The notes below the pieces were generated by a model that did not search any database, was not told the DNA's origin, and saw only the letters and a list, made by a program, of their open reading frames with translations. Of a stretch of DNA of 64,000 bases, positions 63,831-64,000 are shown piece after piece (the first letter of the stretch is position 1; each line of letters opens with the position of its first letter). The position numbers were made by a program, and so were the translations under genes. This DNA comes from Mobula hypostoma (lineage: Eukaryota). The stretch covers positions 95,728,001 through 95,792,000 of the forward strand of contig NC_086104.1 of the NCBI RefSeq assembly GCF_963921235.1. Reading direction: 5' to 3'.

Positions 63831-64000
63831 ATTCCCTGTTGATATGAGGAAAATTGAAATTTCTCACTAGCTGTACCCGACTGTTCTCACAACTATGTGC
63901 AATTTCTTGACACATCTGCTCTCAAGTTCCTACTGACTACGGGAGGATCGATAATAAAGTCCTACCAAAGTGTCCATCTCCTTCAGATTTCTAAATTCTA

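Overview
Eukaryotic, repeat-dense vertebrate DNA, most likely from a cartilaginous fish (ray-like). The taxon is inferred from HE1/V-SINE-type SINEs, HER1-like CR1 LINEs and the Penelope family present. The one clearly recognisable host gene is a complete 9-exon POLR3F (RNA polymerase III subunit RPC6/C34) on the + strand, CDS 11257..42356, 314 aa, all GT-AG introns. It starts in a CpG island that also carries a divergent splice donor. Downstream and convergent is an intact 556-aa pogo/Tigger (TIGD1-like) transposase ORF. Its first catalytic Asp is replaced by Gly, its TIRs have decayed, and it has a strong upstream splice acceptor with a matching donor in a second CpG island about 10 kb away, making it a candidate domesticated gene. 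The rest is mobile DNA: a full-length L1 with 17-bp TSDs, CR1, I/Nimb (RNase H), Rex1-like, RTE and Penelope-like retroelements, tRNA-SINEs, and Tc1, Tigger and hAT elements. Notable structures are minimal type-I hammerhead ribozyme motifs in the Penelope repeats (one in the loop of a perfect 59-bp hairpin inside a 191-bp insertion with a 14-bp TSD), a four-level nested transposon stack in POLR3F intron 6, and a palindromic hAT MITE found inside two unrelated DNA transposons. Most short ORFs in the supplied track are repeat fragments or chance ORFs.
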